Below, in pieces: positions 23,992 to 33,130 of a stretch of DNA of 64,000 bases. Both the position numbers and the translations under genes were made by a program. Within the stretch, counting starts at the first letter, position 1. Every line of letters starts with the position of its first letter. The notes under the pieces are model-generated. The model had not been told where the DNA came from. It was given only the letters and a program-made list of their open reading frames with translations, and ran no database searches. The stretch covers positions 2,398 through 66,397 of the forward strand of contig JBNKPU010000043.1 in NCBI GenBank assembly GCA_050295515.1, written 5' to 3'. The DNA comes from Bacteroidales bacterium (GTDB taxonomy: Bacteria; Bacteroidota; Bacteroidia; Bacteroidales; UBA10428).

Positions 23992-24861
23992 ATGAAAACG
24001 ATAATATATATTTTCTTATTCTTGATTATTAGTTCAATTGTATTGCCATCGGTTCCTTTGGTCATGCACAGAAATGATAAAACAGTATTTTTAGAAAGCA
24101 AAGCACACAAATATGACTCAACTTTGCTATTAAACTCAGCGCGTATAATCGATTTTAGGCTTCAAAGCTTCAATATTGAGGATTATAAAATTGCCCTTGT
24201 CAAGGATCGTCCCGGAATACAAATTGTATTTGTCTCAGATGATAATTATAACCGATCGAAAGAACTTTTAACCCATAAGGGTGATCTAAAATTTGTTCAG
24301 GTTGTAAAGAGAGATGAAGCATTAAAAACCATTCTTGATCTTAATATTTCTAATGAGTTGATTTTTAATAGTCTTGCATCTGAGGAACAAGAGATTGTAA
24401 TTGGCAAATATAATGTTGAAGAGCAACAATCAATTCATTTGTTTATCGAAAAGCACAAAGAGCTATTCCTGAACAATGGTTTGTTGCTGGCATGGAGTAA
24501 TATACCCTATGAAAATGGTAATCGGAGTTTGTATGCTTTAAATCTTAGTTCTGTTCTTGATATTAATGAATATGTTAAATCTGCCAAAACCCAAAAGCCT
24601 GAAAATAATGGTAATGAGGTATTTGTTGAATTAACAAAAAATGGTGGAGAAAAGCTTAAGACATATACTCATGAGAACCTAAATAAAAATGTTGCAATCG
24701 TATTGGATAATCAAGTTTATTTTGCTCCACTGGTAAAACAAACCATTTCTCATGGTAAGTTTATTATCTCCGGACAATTCAGCGATGCTGAAAGCATGCT
24801 ACTTAAAACTATTATTTTGTCAGGTGAGATTCCTTTAGAATTTAATCTTATTAACCAATAG
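23992..24861 (+). CDS. Stand-alone SecD/SecF periplasmic P1-domain-like protein
   Basis: N-terminal anchor. The C-terminus VAIVLDNQVYFAPLVKQTISHGKFIISGQFSDAESMLLKTIILSGEIPLEF closely resembles the SecD P1-head motif, but there is no 12-TM pump body. Confidence 0.65.
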   Translation: MKTIIYIFLFLIISSIVLPSVPLVMHRNDKTVFLESKAHKYDSTLLLNSARIIDFRLQSFNIEDYKIALVKDRPGIQIVFVSDDNYNRSKELLTHKGDLKFVQVVKRDEALKTILDLNISNELIFNSLASEEQEIVIGKYNVEEQQSIHLFIEKHKELFLNNGLLLAWSNIPYENGNRSLYALNLSSVLDINEYVKSAKTQKPENNGNEVFVELTKNGGEKLKTYTHENLNKNVAIVLDNQVYFAPLVKQTISHGKFIISGQFSDAESMLLKTIILSGEIPLEFNLINQ

Positions 24862-24870
24862 TACAATTTC

Positions 24871-24901
24871 AAAAAAAGCCCCAAAACCGGGGCTTTTTTT
24901 T
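24871..24901. terminator. Bidirectional rho-independent terminator
   Basis: aaaaaaagcccc-aaaacc-ggggcttttttttt: a GC stem flanked by A and T runs between convergent genes. Confidence 0.75.
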
Positions 24902-24923
24902 ATCTAATGAGTATCCTTTATCT

Positions 24924-25130
24924 CTAAAAACCTTTTCGTTCTAAATTATAATAGAAAAGAGAACCTATTATTGGAAATACAATTACAATAAGTGTAAATA
25001 GAAGTTTTCCAATTGTATTGAGTCTTTCAGATCCAAACACATTTAGGAGAGATACAATCCAGGTAATTAATACTATAATTAATATTAATTCACCAGGAAT
25101 ACTTGCGAGGTTGATTAGTTGTAAATTCAT
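24924..25130 (-). CDS. Small two-TM protein (PLDc_N-like)
   Basis: 68 aa with two hydrophobic helices and a C-terminal FPIIGSLFYYNLERKGF resembling the PLD N-terminal small-membrane-protein family. Confidence 0.6.
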   Translation of the reverse strand: MNLQLINLASIPGELILIIVLITWIVSLLNVFGSERLNTIGKLLFTLIVIVFPIIGSLFYYNLERKGF

Positions 25131-25209
25131 TGTTTGTAGTTTTAAGATGCAGTAAAGTTAAGCCAAAAAGAATACCATATTTTGGATTATTGTAAAAATG
25201 ATTTATAAA

Positions 25210-26499
25210 TTAAACGTCAAGTACTCCGCAAATATATTTGTTCATTACATCACAGGATTTTGCAACCCCATCTGTTGCTCTTAGTTTACTTTGCATGATT
25301 TGGGCGTTTTTAATGAACTTCGGTGCACAAACTTTTTTAATGGCTTTTAATAGCTGTTTTTCAGATAAAGCATAAATAGGAATCCGCACAGCCATGCCTT
25401 GTTTGACTATACCATCAATATTGTGCTGTTGTTCTGCCTGAAATCCTATTCCAACTACAGGTGTACCAGCCCAAACAGCTGTTTGAATTGTTCCTTGGCC
25501 GCCATGAAGAACAGCAATATCTGCCATTTCATTGACCAAATGAGCCAGTAAAAAGCGACATGCATAAAAATTATCTGATGGTTCACCAAGTTCTTTTGGA
25601 TCCAGAATGGTTGTTGTTGAAACCACAACATTAAAGTTTTTATGCTTACGTAATGTTTCAATGATCAATTTTAGGGCTTCCGGAAACCCTGAACTTCCCA
25701 GGGAGCAAAAAATGTTTGTTCCCGGACGGTCAAAAACCTTTTTTATCTGTGGGTCGACTGGCATGTCAAACATTGAAAAGATAGGTCCTGTATAATAATA
25801 TCCGGGGGTCAGGTCCTTTTCAGGTAATCCACTCAACTCAGGCATGTCTGGCAATAAGGTAATGTCGCCTTTGACCAATTGAGTAATATTATAAATAGGA
25901 TCAAGACCAAAATATTTCCGTGCTTCGTTAAAGGATGTCAGCGATGCCTTGGCTGAATCGCGTAAAAGTACTTTTCGCATAATTTTTCTTTTCACATAAC
26001 CAGGAAGCATATGGCGCAAAAAGAAACTGTTTTCCATTGTATTGGGCATGTTATACATACCTTTTTGAATAAAAGCCGGACAGTTAACTGTGGGCACCTG
26101 GGTAATCATTGGTATTTTAGCATAAGGGAGCGATATCATACAACTTAGGCTTAACCCGGCATAAACCCCGTCAGGTTTATATTCTTGGTAAGCCTTTAAA
26201 TCAGCATGTGCCATTTTTATCCACTGTTCCTTATCAACAGGTATTGGAGTGCCAATAGGAGCCTTATACCTATTGATGTCCATAATCACTTCATGCTGTT
26301 CCCAGGAAAGTTCAGGTTCAAGATCTTCAGCATCAATTCCAGCCTTGCCGATTAAATGATTGTGAACACCACCATGATTGAAAAATTTTACCTTTGCACC
26401 TGTCTTTTTCATGCCTTTAGCAGTCTCCAGTGCACGTGTAAAATCGCCCAGATTATGTCCATATGAAAAAAATGCCCATTTGAGCCCTTTTACATCCAT
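25210..26499 (-). CDS. GT1-family (MGT/UDP-glycosyltransferase-like) glycosyltransferase
   Basis: C-terminal nucleotide-sugar motif HGGQGTIQTAVWAGTPVVGIGFQAEQQHN. Confidence 0.85.
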   Translation of the reverse strand: MDVKGLKWAFFSYGHNLGDFTRALETAKGMKKTGAKVKFFNHGGVHNHLIGKAGIDAEDLEPELSWEQHEVIMDINRYKAPIGTPIPVDKEQWIKMAHADLKAYQEYKPDGVYAGLSLSCMISLPYAKIPMITQVPTVNCPAFIQKGMYNMPNTMENSFFLRHMLPGYVKRKIMRKVLLRDSAKASLTSFNEARKYFGLDPIYNITQLVKGDITLLPDMPELSGLPEKDLTPGYYYTGPIFSMFDMPVDPQIKKVFDRPGTNIFCSLGSSGFPEALKLIIETLRKHKNFNVVVSTTTILDPKELGEPSDNFYACRFLLAHLVNEMADIAVLHGGQGTIQTAVWAGTPVVGIGFQAEQQHNIDGIVKQGMAVRIPIYALSEKQLLKAIKKVCAPKFIKNAQIMQSKLRATDGVAKSCDVMNKYICGVLDV

Positions 26500-27125
26500 T
26501 TGTATAAGATTTATTTGATAAATTTATGTTACATGGCAAAAATGAATTAAAAAATGTAAAGCTTCCAAGTTTTAATCCCCTTTTTACTCAACAATAAAGT
26601 TTAAAAGAGCCAACTAATATACTCAACAGTTTCTTGAAAATTCTATTAAATATACATCTACTTTGGGCTTGCTGAAAAAGTCAAAAAGTAGTGAGATGCG
26701 ACTTGACAAAATGAAAACATATAAGCATACTTCGAATTGCAGGCAAGGAAGTAGGTTGCTACTTTCTGGCTAACACTTTCGGATTTATTTTCAACTTTTT
26801 AGGTGCAAACAGTTTTAAGCAATATTGAAGAATTCCTTGCACTTAAAACTCATTCTATATATATAACATGCAGATAATGTGCTAAAAGTGTGTTTTTCAG
26901 CAAGCTCTACCTGCCTATAATGCTTTTAAAAGACAACATATATGTTTCATTATTTAAAATGAAATGTGAAAAATGCGGTAAACAAAAACACAACGTGCTT
27001 TTTACCTGTACTTTGTAAATGGCACCTATTTTAAAACTAAAAAATGCAAAAATACTTGACTTTCGCTTGTAAAGAATGTATTATTAGGTACTTCTCAAAA
27101 TAGTGCCGAAACCAAAAAATATTTT

Positions 27126-29081
27126 ATGATTAAGCATGGTGTGTTTTCTCTTGCCTGCATGGTTCTTATATGCTTTTCTAGCAATAGCTATGCCCAGAAT
27201 TCTGAAGAATCCGACACAATTAAGAATCCCAAATCACCTCAACCCATTAGTATGGATTTAAGTATACTTCAAGATCAATATGAGTCAATGATCAAAGAAG
27301 AAAAAATCCGAAGTTTAACCGCAGAAAATGCTGTTCACAAAGCTAAAAGAAATCTTATGTTCTTCTATTTCCTAACCTTTGCCGGAATAAGCTTTACAGC
27401 AACCATCGTATTTTATCTTAGGGCCAAAAAAAACAAGCTTTTATTGGAAAAAGAAAAAGAAATTGAAAAACTTACATCGAAGTTCTTTGAAAACATATCA
27501 CATGAACTTAGAACTCCCCTATCGCTTATTCTAAGCCCTTTGAGTATTTTACATGATAAAGTTACAGAGGACGATAGATACCTTGTTGAGGTTACTCAGC
27601 AAAATGCTAAAAAGCTGCTTAACCTTGTCAATCAATTTTTGGATATTTCTAAAATTGATGCTGGGAAAATGGAATTAATGGTGAACAAGGCCAATATAAT
27701 CCCTCTAATCAAATCAAATTTCTATGCCTATCAAAACTATGCAAACAATAAAAAAATAATTTTAAGTTATCATTCTGATTTTGAGGCGTATAAAATATAT
27801 TATAATCAGGATATGATTGAGAAAATTATATCAAATATCTTATCAAATGCGGTAAAATATACTCCAGAGAATGGAATGATAACTGTTCATATTAGTGAAG
27901 AAAATTTCAATAATAAAAAATACCTGACAATATCTGTAAGTGATACAGGTATGGGCATAGCAGAAGAAAGCCTTCCGTACTTATTTAACAGATTCTACTG
28001 TGTGGACAAAGATAAAACTGAAGAATGGTCAGGTACCGGTATTGGACTATCATTGGTTAAAGAATTGGTGGAATTGCATTATGGTAAGATCGAAGTCGAA
28101 AGTGAATTATGTGTTGGGACCACTTTTAAAGTTTTCATGCCGGTAGGAAGACAACATCTAAATGATAGTCAAATTGACATATTCTCCGCTCCAGAAGAAG
28201 AAAAACCCAACATTGAAATAGTACCAGATTACACAGTAACAAACACACTGTCTTTAACTAACAAAGAACTTGCTGATGAAAAGCCAGTCGTATTAGTTGT
28301 TGATGACAATGTAGATATGAGAACCTATCTAAGACAAATTCTGTCTAAAAAATACAGGATCATTGAATCTGCTAATGGAAAAAGTGGTATAGAAAAAGCA
28401 ATAAAATATTGTCCGGATCTAATTGTTTGTGATGTTAAAATGCCCAAAGCAAATGGATATGAACTTTGTAATACAATTAAAAGTAATAATCAAACCAAGC
28501 ATATTCCAATAATTATACTAACCGGAAAAAATAATTCTGACGATAAATTGACAAGCTTAAAATTAAAAGCTGATAGTTTTTTGTCTAAACCGTTTAAAAC
28601 CAAGGAACTCCTTTTTACAATTGAAAATCTGATAAGTTTGCGTATTGACCTAATTGAACATTATGGTACAACAAACCAATTCAATACGAATGAAAAAGTT
28701 AATTTGAAGCCAATGGACCAAGAATTTCTAGAAAAGATATTAATTCAAATTGACAAAAATATTTCAAATGAATCCTTTGGCGTAGAAGAACTTAGCCAGG
28801 TACTTGGAGTGAGCCGTTCGAAACTACAAAGAAAAATAAAAAAAATATTGCATTGCAATCCAAACCAGCTTATAAAGAACTATAGACTAGACAAAGCTTT
28901 GGTAATGCTTAGAAACAAGGTTGCAACTATTTCTGAAGTAAGTTTTATGGTTGGTTACTCAAGTCACTCCTATTTTACAAAATGCTTTCTTGAAAAATTT
29001 GGATATACACCAAACGAAGTAAAAGCAGATAATACTCAAATAAGCCTATCTAAAGAACAGAAAGTTACAACTATTGACTAA
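27126..29081 (+). CDS. Hybrid sensor histidine kinase / response regulator with AraC-type HTH (HTCS lacking the large periplasmic sensor)
   Basis: H-box ISHELRTPL, HATPase N/G boxes, a REC domain (VLVVDDN...CDVKMPK) and a C-terminal AraC HTH. Only about 60 aa are predicted to be periplasmic. Confidence 0.9.
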   Translation: MIKHGVFSLACMVLICFSSNSYAQNSEESDTIKNPKSPQPISMDLSILQDQYESMIKEEKIRSLTAENAVHKAKRNLMFFYFLTFAGISFTATIVFYLRAKKNKLLLEKEKEIEKLTSKFFENISHELRTPLSLILSPLSILHDKVTEDDRYLVEVTQQNAKKLLNLVNQFLDISKIDAGKMELMVNKANIIPLIKSNFYAYQNYANNKKIILSYHSDFEAYKIYYNQDMIEKIISNILSNAVKYTPENGMITVHISEENFNNKKYLTISVSDTGMGIAEESLPYLFNRFYCVDKDKTEEWSGTGIGLSLVKELVELHYGKIEVESELCVGTTFKVFMPVGRQHLNDSQIDIFSAPEEEKPNIEIVPDYTVTNTLSLTNKELADEKPVVLVVDDNVDMRTYLRQILSKKYRIIESANGKSGIEKAIKYCPDLIVCDVKMPKANGYELCNTIKSNNQTKHIPIIILTGKNNSDDKLTSLKLKADSFLSKPFKTKELLFTIENLISLRIDLIEHYGTTNQFNTNEKVNLKPMDQEFLEKILIQIDKNISNESFGVEELSQVLGVSRSKLQRKIKKILHCNPNQLIKNYRLDKALVMLRNKVATISEVSFMVGYSSHSYFTKCFLEKFGYTPNEVKADNTQISLSKEQKVTTID

Positions 29082-29220
29082 TTTTTTATATCTGTTTCAT
29101 TCTAATCCCTTTCAGTATTAAATAGTATTTAAAATTGACAGCATCTGCTCAATTACAGCTAACACCAGGGCCCAATAATGTTGTTTATTTGTATCAGACA
29201 TTAAACTAATAATTACCGAT

Positions 29221-29616
29221 ATGAAAGCGAGATTATTCTTAAAAAAAATTACCCTAACCATGTTTGCTAGTTGTTTTGTAACTATTGCTTTGTTTAGTCA
29301 GAATAGCACAAACAATGAAATTCAAGCGTTAGAAAAACTATTCTGCCAAAAGGTTGATTATCAATATATACTAACAAATGAATTAGAAACAGCGCTTTCG
29401 CTGAAAACAGCAGAGTATACAGAAAACGGAAATTTTTCGGCTAATATGAATTTACTTTTGGCTGAAACAATTGAAGATGAAATTGAAGTTGAAGACTGGA
29501 TGCTTAAAGCATTTAAAACTAAAAATCAAGTAACAAATGGCGAAGTTGAAGTTATTGAAGACAAAATGATAGTAGAAAATTGGATGCTTGACTTAAATTA
29601 TTGGAAAATTAAATAA
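29221..29616 (+). CDS. Small secreted protein with repeated E-[DN]-W-M-L motif
   Basis: Signal peptide plus two copies of an acidic motif (IEVEDWMLKAF and MIVENWMLDLNYW). Confidence 0.5.
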   Translation: MKARLFLKKITLTMFASCFVTIALFSQNSTNNEIQALEKLFCQKVDYQYILTNELETALSLKTAEYTENGNFSANMNLLLAETIEDEIEVEDWMLKAFKTKNQVTNGEVEVIEDKMIVENWMLDLNYWKIK

Positions 29617-29662
29617 TTGGATAATACATATCCTTCCATGCCCTTCTCTCTTTATCTGCATA

Positions 29663-30271
29663 TTAAAAAAACATATTTTTAATTCCCGTCATTATCATGT
29701 TAATTCCAATTGCACCAATAAAGAAACCATTCAAACGAAGCAATACCTCCACATTTTTATCGAAGGCAACCTTAAATTTACGCTTGTCTAAAGAATCTCT
29801 AAGCCATTTGAGCAGAAAAATTACTAAAAAATTTATGGCAAATATTACTACCAATGCAAGTGTTCCAATAACTAAAGTATGCCTTTGAGACAATAATATA
29901 CTCAAAGAAATAGAACCAGCACCTACCATAAATGGTAAAGCTATTTCTGATGCGAGATCGTCTAAGTCTTCTTTGATCAGAATTAATGCTTTCTGGCCAC
30001 GTACAATATAAAAATAGGCATAGGAGAAAATAATAATTCCCCCAAATATCCGAAATGATTCAAAATTAATTTGAAAAATCTTCTTAAAGAAGATATCTCC
30101 AGAAAGAAAGAACACTAGACAAACAACAAAGGAGATAATTGTAGCTTTAAAAATAACGATCATAAAATCCTTATGATCTAAATCTTTTCGTACTGGCTCA
30201 AGATAAAGGAACAATGCAAAAGGATTTAGCATAACAATAAATGCAACTATTGATGTAACAAGAGTATCCAT
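29663..30271 (-). CDS. MarC-family (UPF0056) integral membrane protein
   Basis: 202 aa with about 6 TM helices and the MarC-like N-terminus (VMLNPFALFLYL). Confidence 0.8.
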   Translation of the reverse strand: MDTLVTSIVAFIVMLNPFALFLYLEPVRKDLDHKDFMIVIFKATIISFVVCLVFFLSGDIFFKKIFQINFESFRIFGGIIIFSYAYFYIVRGQKALILIKEDLDDLASEIALPFMVGAGSISLSILLSQRHTLVIGTLALVVIFAINFLVIFLLKWLRDSLDKRKFKVAFDKNVEVLLRLNGFFIGAIGINMIMTGIKNMFF

Positions 30272-30420
30272 AATAAATTCTTTGTACTTATAAATATTTA
30301 TTCTTGTTTTTAAAGCTGAACATTAAAATAAACGCTCTGCCAAAAATAAGTACTTTCAACGTCATAGATTTATTATTTATAGGAAAATGCAATTTAAAAA
30401 TGAAAGTAGACGACATAAAA

Positions 30421-31371
30421 TTAATCGGTCTTAATGTTTGATTTTAAAAATCCGGATACCTCTGTGGTCCATTGCTTATTAAACTTCTTTAAATATGATT
30501 CATGCGCCGCGTTATCAAACAATACCATTTTCTTTTTACCCTTTAGGTTAGCATAAATGGCTTCAACATCTTCGAGGGTAGCCCTTTTATCATCTTTTCC
30601 ATGCAGTATTAGTGTTGGTGTATCTATCTTTTTGGCAAATTCTATTGCATTCATAGAAAAAGGCCAATAGTTTTGCTGAACACCTCCCCAAAACACAAGT
30701 AGCTCTGGGAAGACACTGGATGGAATGCCCATAAGTTTAAACCTGTTTTTAACCGTAGTCAAAAATTTACCATACGGACACTCCAGAATGAGTCCATCGG
30801 GTTTAATGCCATGGTCAGCAACTGATTTTAATATAGATACAGCACCCATAGATGAACCAAATAGAAATATATTTTCCTTAGTGTTTTCTTTAACATAATC
30901 GTATACATGCTTTACATCTTCTGATTCGTAATAACCTATTGTACAAGAAGAACCTGAAGAACCTCCAGAGCCGTAGAAATCAACCAGAACAGTATTATAT
31001 CCTAATTGATTAAAAGCATCTGACAGTCTGAGCAAACCAGACTTTTCTCCAGTATAACCATGGAAAAGTATTACTGTGCCCGCTGTATCATTAATCTTGA
31101 TGTGCCATGCATCGAGGATGTTATCGTGGTGAGTCTTTATCTTAATTGTTTTAAAATCTTTGGTGGGAACACTAAAATTCTCAGGCCTTGGATTTGAAAT
31201 GCCTGTAAACAACACTTTGATTTTTTGAAAAGTTCCAAGTTCTTCAGGTTTGACTGTTTTTTCTACGGTTCTTTTTTCAAAATGGGTAAAATGCTAGGCA
31301 TGGTTGAATGCAATTAAGTTGGTCAAGAGGATAAAAGATAATGCCAGGTATAAAAGACGTTTCTTTTTCAT
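30421..31371 (-). pseudogene. Alpha/beta hydrolase interrupted by an in-frame TAG between the signal anchor and the catalytic domain
   Basis: ATG 31371 encodes MKKKRLLYLALSFILLTNLIAFNHA, followed by TAG at 31294-31296. The same frame continues as HFTHFEKRT... into the track ORF 30421..31215, which carries the GSSMG nucleophile elbow and LHGKDD. Confidence 0.6.
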
Positions 31372-31763
31372 AGTAGACGAATATGCCAATAAAACGGCCA
31401 TTGCTGTTTAAAAGTGCTATTGTCTCTCAGAATTAAGATTTTTTAGCAAATTATGCAAAGAAAAATTAATCGCTATTAAATTAAATATGAATGTCTTACA
31501 CCTTTAATTGATGTTGTTTATGTGTAAAAATACTTTTTGCTTGCCACAAAAACAGAACTTGCACAATTTTAAACTTATATCAGGAAAATTATCAGAAGAT
31601 GTATTGCATTGCAATAAAAATGGTCCATGATGAAGGTTTGGTTCCTGATATTTCCAGGAGTGTTTATTTATTATTACGAAAGGGAAATGTCGGGACATTT
31701 GGTCTTACACCCAAAAAGCTGGCTGTATCGTACACCAATAATTAAATCTTTTGTTTCATTCAT

Positions 31764-31796
31764 AAAAAAGCTTGCAATCAATTTGCAAGCTTTTTT
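31764..31796. terminator. Rho-independent terminator downstream of the NifX-like operon
   Basis: aaaaaagcttgcaa-tcaa-tttgcaagctttttt: a perfect stem flanked by A and T runs. Confidence 0.7.
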
Positions 31797-31807
31797 ATTG
31801 TATAAAC

Positions 31808-32173
31808 TTAATGACTGCATTCATGATCGTGCCCATGATGATCGCAGGTTAGACCGGAATCAATAATAGGTGTTCTCAAATAGTTTTCTGCCAGTTCAAC
31901 AACATCACCAGAACAACCACGCACTACCTGAATACCTGCATGGGTAATTTTATTAACAGCACCTTGTCCCATATTGCCGGCCAACATTGTTTTTACGCCC
32001 ATTTCGGAAAGAATTGAAGCAATATTTGATTTGCACCCACAACCTTGAGGTGCTTGATAATCTTCTATTTTATCAATTTTATTCTCTGAGGATACACTCA
32101 CTATTGTGTAATATTCACAATGACCAAAATGATCATCGACCTGTTTGTTTCTTGTTGGAATTGCAATTTTCAT
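31808..32173 (-). CDS. NifB/NifX-family (Nitro_FeMo-Co domain) protein with His/Cys-rich tail
   Basis: MKIAIPT...VDDHFGHCEYYTIV...MLAGNMGQGAVNKI core. The C-terminal tail is LTCDHHGHDHECSH. Confidence 0.8.
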   Translation of the reverse strand: MKIAIPTRNKQVDDHFGHCEYYTIVSVSSENKIDKIEDYQAPQGCGCKSNIASILSEMGVKTMLAGNMGQGAVNKITHAGIQVVRGCSGDVVELAENYLRTPIIDSGLTCDHHGHDHECSH

Positions 32174-32183
32174 TTAAATGATA

Positions 32184-32405
32184 TTATAAGTTATACGTAT
32201 TTTCTCTTTTCATATTCCCGGAACAGGATTTATCTTGAACATTACGCCGCTTTCCCATTCCTTTTCCCAATTCATATTCGAGCTCATCTTTTGGAGTTTT
32301 TTTACATCGCCCCAATTTTCTTCCAGTTTTAGGACCTTCTCCATCAGGTCCTTTATGATCCAAATGTGCCATATTATCTTCTTTTATGGTTTGACTTTCA
32401 ACCAA
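32184..32405 (-). CDS. DUF5320-like small protein
   Basis: 73 aa with N-terminal HKGPDGEGPKTGRKLGRC resembling the DUF5320 G-P-x-G-x-G-P-x-T-G-R-x-x-G-x-C signature (from memory). Confidence 0.65.
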   Translation of the reverse strand: MVESQTIKEDNMAHLDHKGPDGEGPKTGRKLGRCKKTPKDELEYELGKGMGKRRNVQDKSCSGNMKRENTYNL

Positions 32406-32716
32406 TTTAAAACCTGTGTAAATGATTGGTTCATTTTTGAAATTATTATAACCTGAATTTGTTTATTTTTGGTGATTTCGTAAACATTGAGACCCAATTC
32501 AAAACCTATAATTGATTTTACTCCATAATCATTAACCAGCATGGAAAATATGTTTTTACCAACCTCTGATTTTTGATCTTTATAGGGGTTTTCTACGATT
32601 AAATATTTGTTTTCATGGGTATAGATAATTGCAAAATAAGGACTGCGAGCAAATTTCAAAGATATTGCAGCTGTAGTATTGTTCTGATCAATTGGTACGG
32701 CGAGAATCATGATCAA
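32384..32716 (-). CDS. NifB/NifX-family (Nitro_FeMo-Co domain) protein
   Basis: ILAVPID...ARSPYFAIIY... and a beta-alpha pattern like the other paralogues. Overlaps both neighbours, so translation is probably coupled. Confidence 0.7.
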   Translation of the reverse strand: MIMILAVPIDQNNTTAAISLKFARSPYFAIIYTHENKYLIVENPYKDQKSEVGKNIFSMLVNDYGVKSIIGFELGLNVYEITKNKQIQVIIISKMNQSFTQVLNWLKVKP

Positions 32717-33114
32717 CTTATTTTAATAATATTCCCTTTGCTACATAAAGGACAAACTTCCGGCTCGGTCTCTGAATAGTTGTTAAAAAAGCTTTTGCAG
32801 TTCTGACATTCAAACCAACCTCTGTCAAAAATGGCTGTTCCACCTTCCAGAACAAGCTTATGTGATTCAACGAGGGTCTTGGCAATCTTTTTCCTTGCCC
32901 GTTCATATATCCTTGTCAGCGTTGGTCTAGAAATTTCCATTATTATGGCTGCTTGCTCCTGCGATAAATTTTCATAATCCAGAAGCCGGATCACCTCATA
33001 TTCTTCAAGGTTCATTTTAATGGGTTCTGTTTCCTTCGAATAATAGCCTAAAGGAATAAAACCACTAATCCTTGGTGGGATCTGAATTTTGCTTTCTTGT
33101 CTTGGTCTGGGCAT
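32713..33114 (-). CDS. DUF134 (UPF0251) putative DNA-binding protein with C-terminal zinc ribbon
   Basis: MPRPRQ...P...F.P signature, a sigma70-r4-like HTH (LSQEQAAIIMEISRPTLTRIYERARKKIA) and a CQNC...CPLC ribbon. Confidence 0.8.
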   Translation of the reverse strand: MPRPRQESKIQIPPRISGFIPLGYYSKETEPIKMNLEEYEVIRLLDYENLSQEQAAIIMEISRPTLTRIYERARKKIAKTLVESHKLVLEGGTAIFDRGWFECQNCKSFFNNYSETEPEVCPLCSKGNIIKIS

Positions 33115-33130
33115 ATTCTAAATTCTGGTA

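Noticed and set aside
23807-23995. 62-aa ORF overlapping repeat copy A.
   Set aside because: The ORF is not preserved in copy B, where substitutions and the 11-nt indel break it. The repeat is therefore most likely non-coding.
26959-27015. 18-codon Cys-containing mini-ORF (MKCEKCGKQKHNVLFTCTL) upstream of the HTCS-like gene.
   Set aside because: It is too short to evaluate, has no promoter or RBS context I can support, and occurs at chance level in AT-rich DNA.
31504-31866. Two overlapping opposite-strand ORFs (64 aa and 79 aa) in the 436-bp gap.
   Set aside because: They are mutually exclusive, contain no motifs and have odd composition. One runs through the terminator hairpin and into the NifX-like gene.
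20138-33114. Nitrogen-fixation (nif) island, suggested by three NifX/NifB-family domains and a 'nitrogenase-associated' ArsC-like protein.
   Set aside because: No nifH/D/K/E/N/B radical-SAM genes are present. Nitro_FeMo-Co-domain paralogues are common in non-diazotrophs, so the name alone does not support nitrogen fixation.
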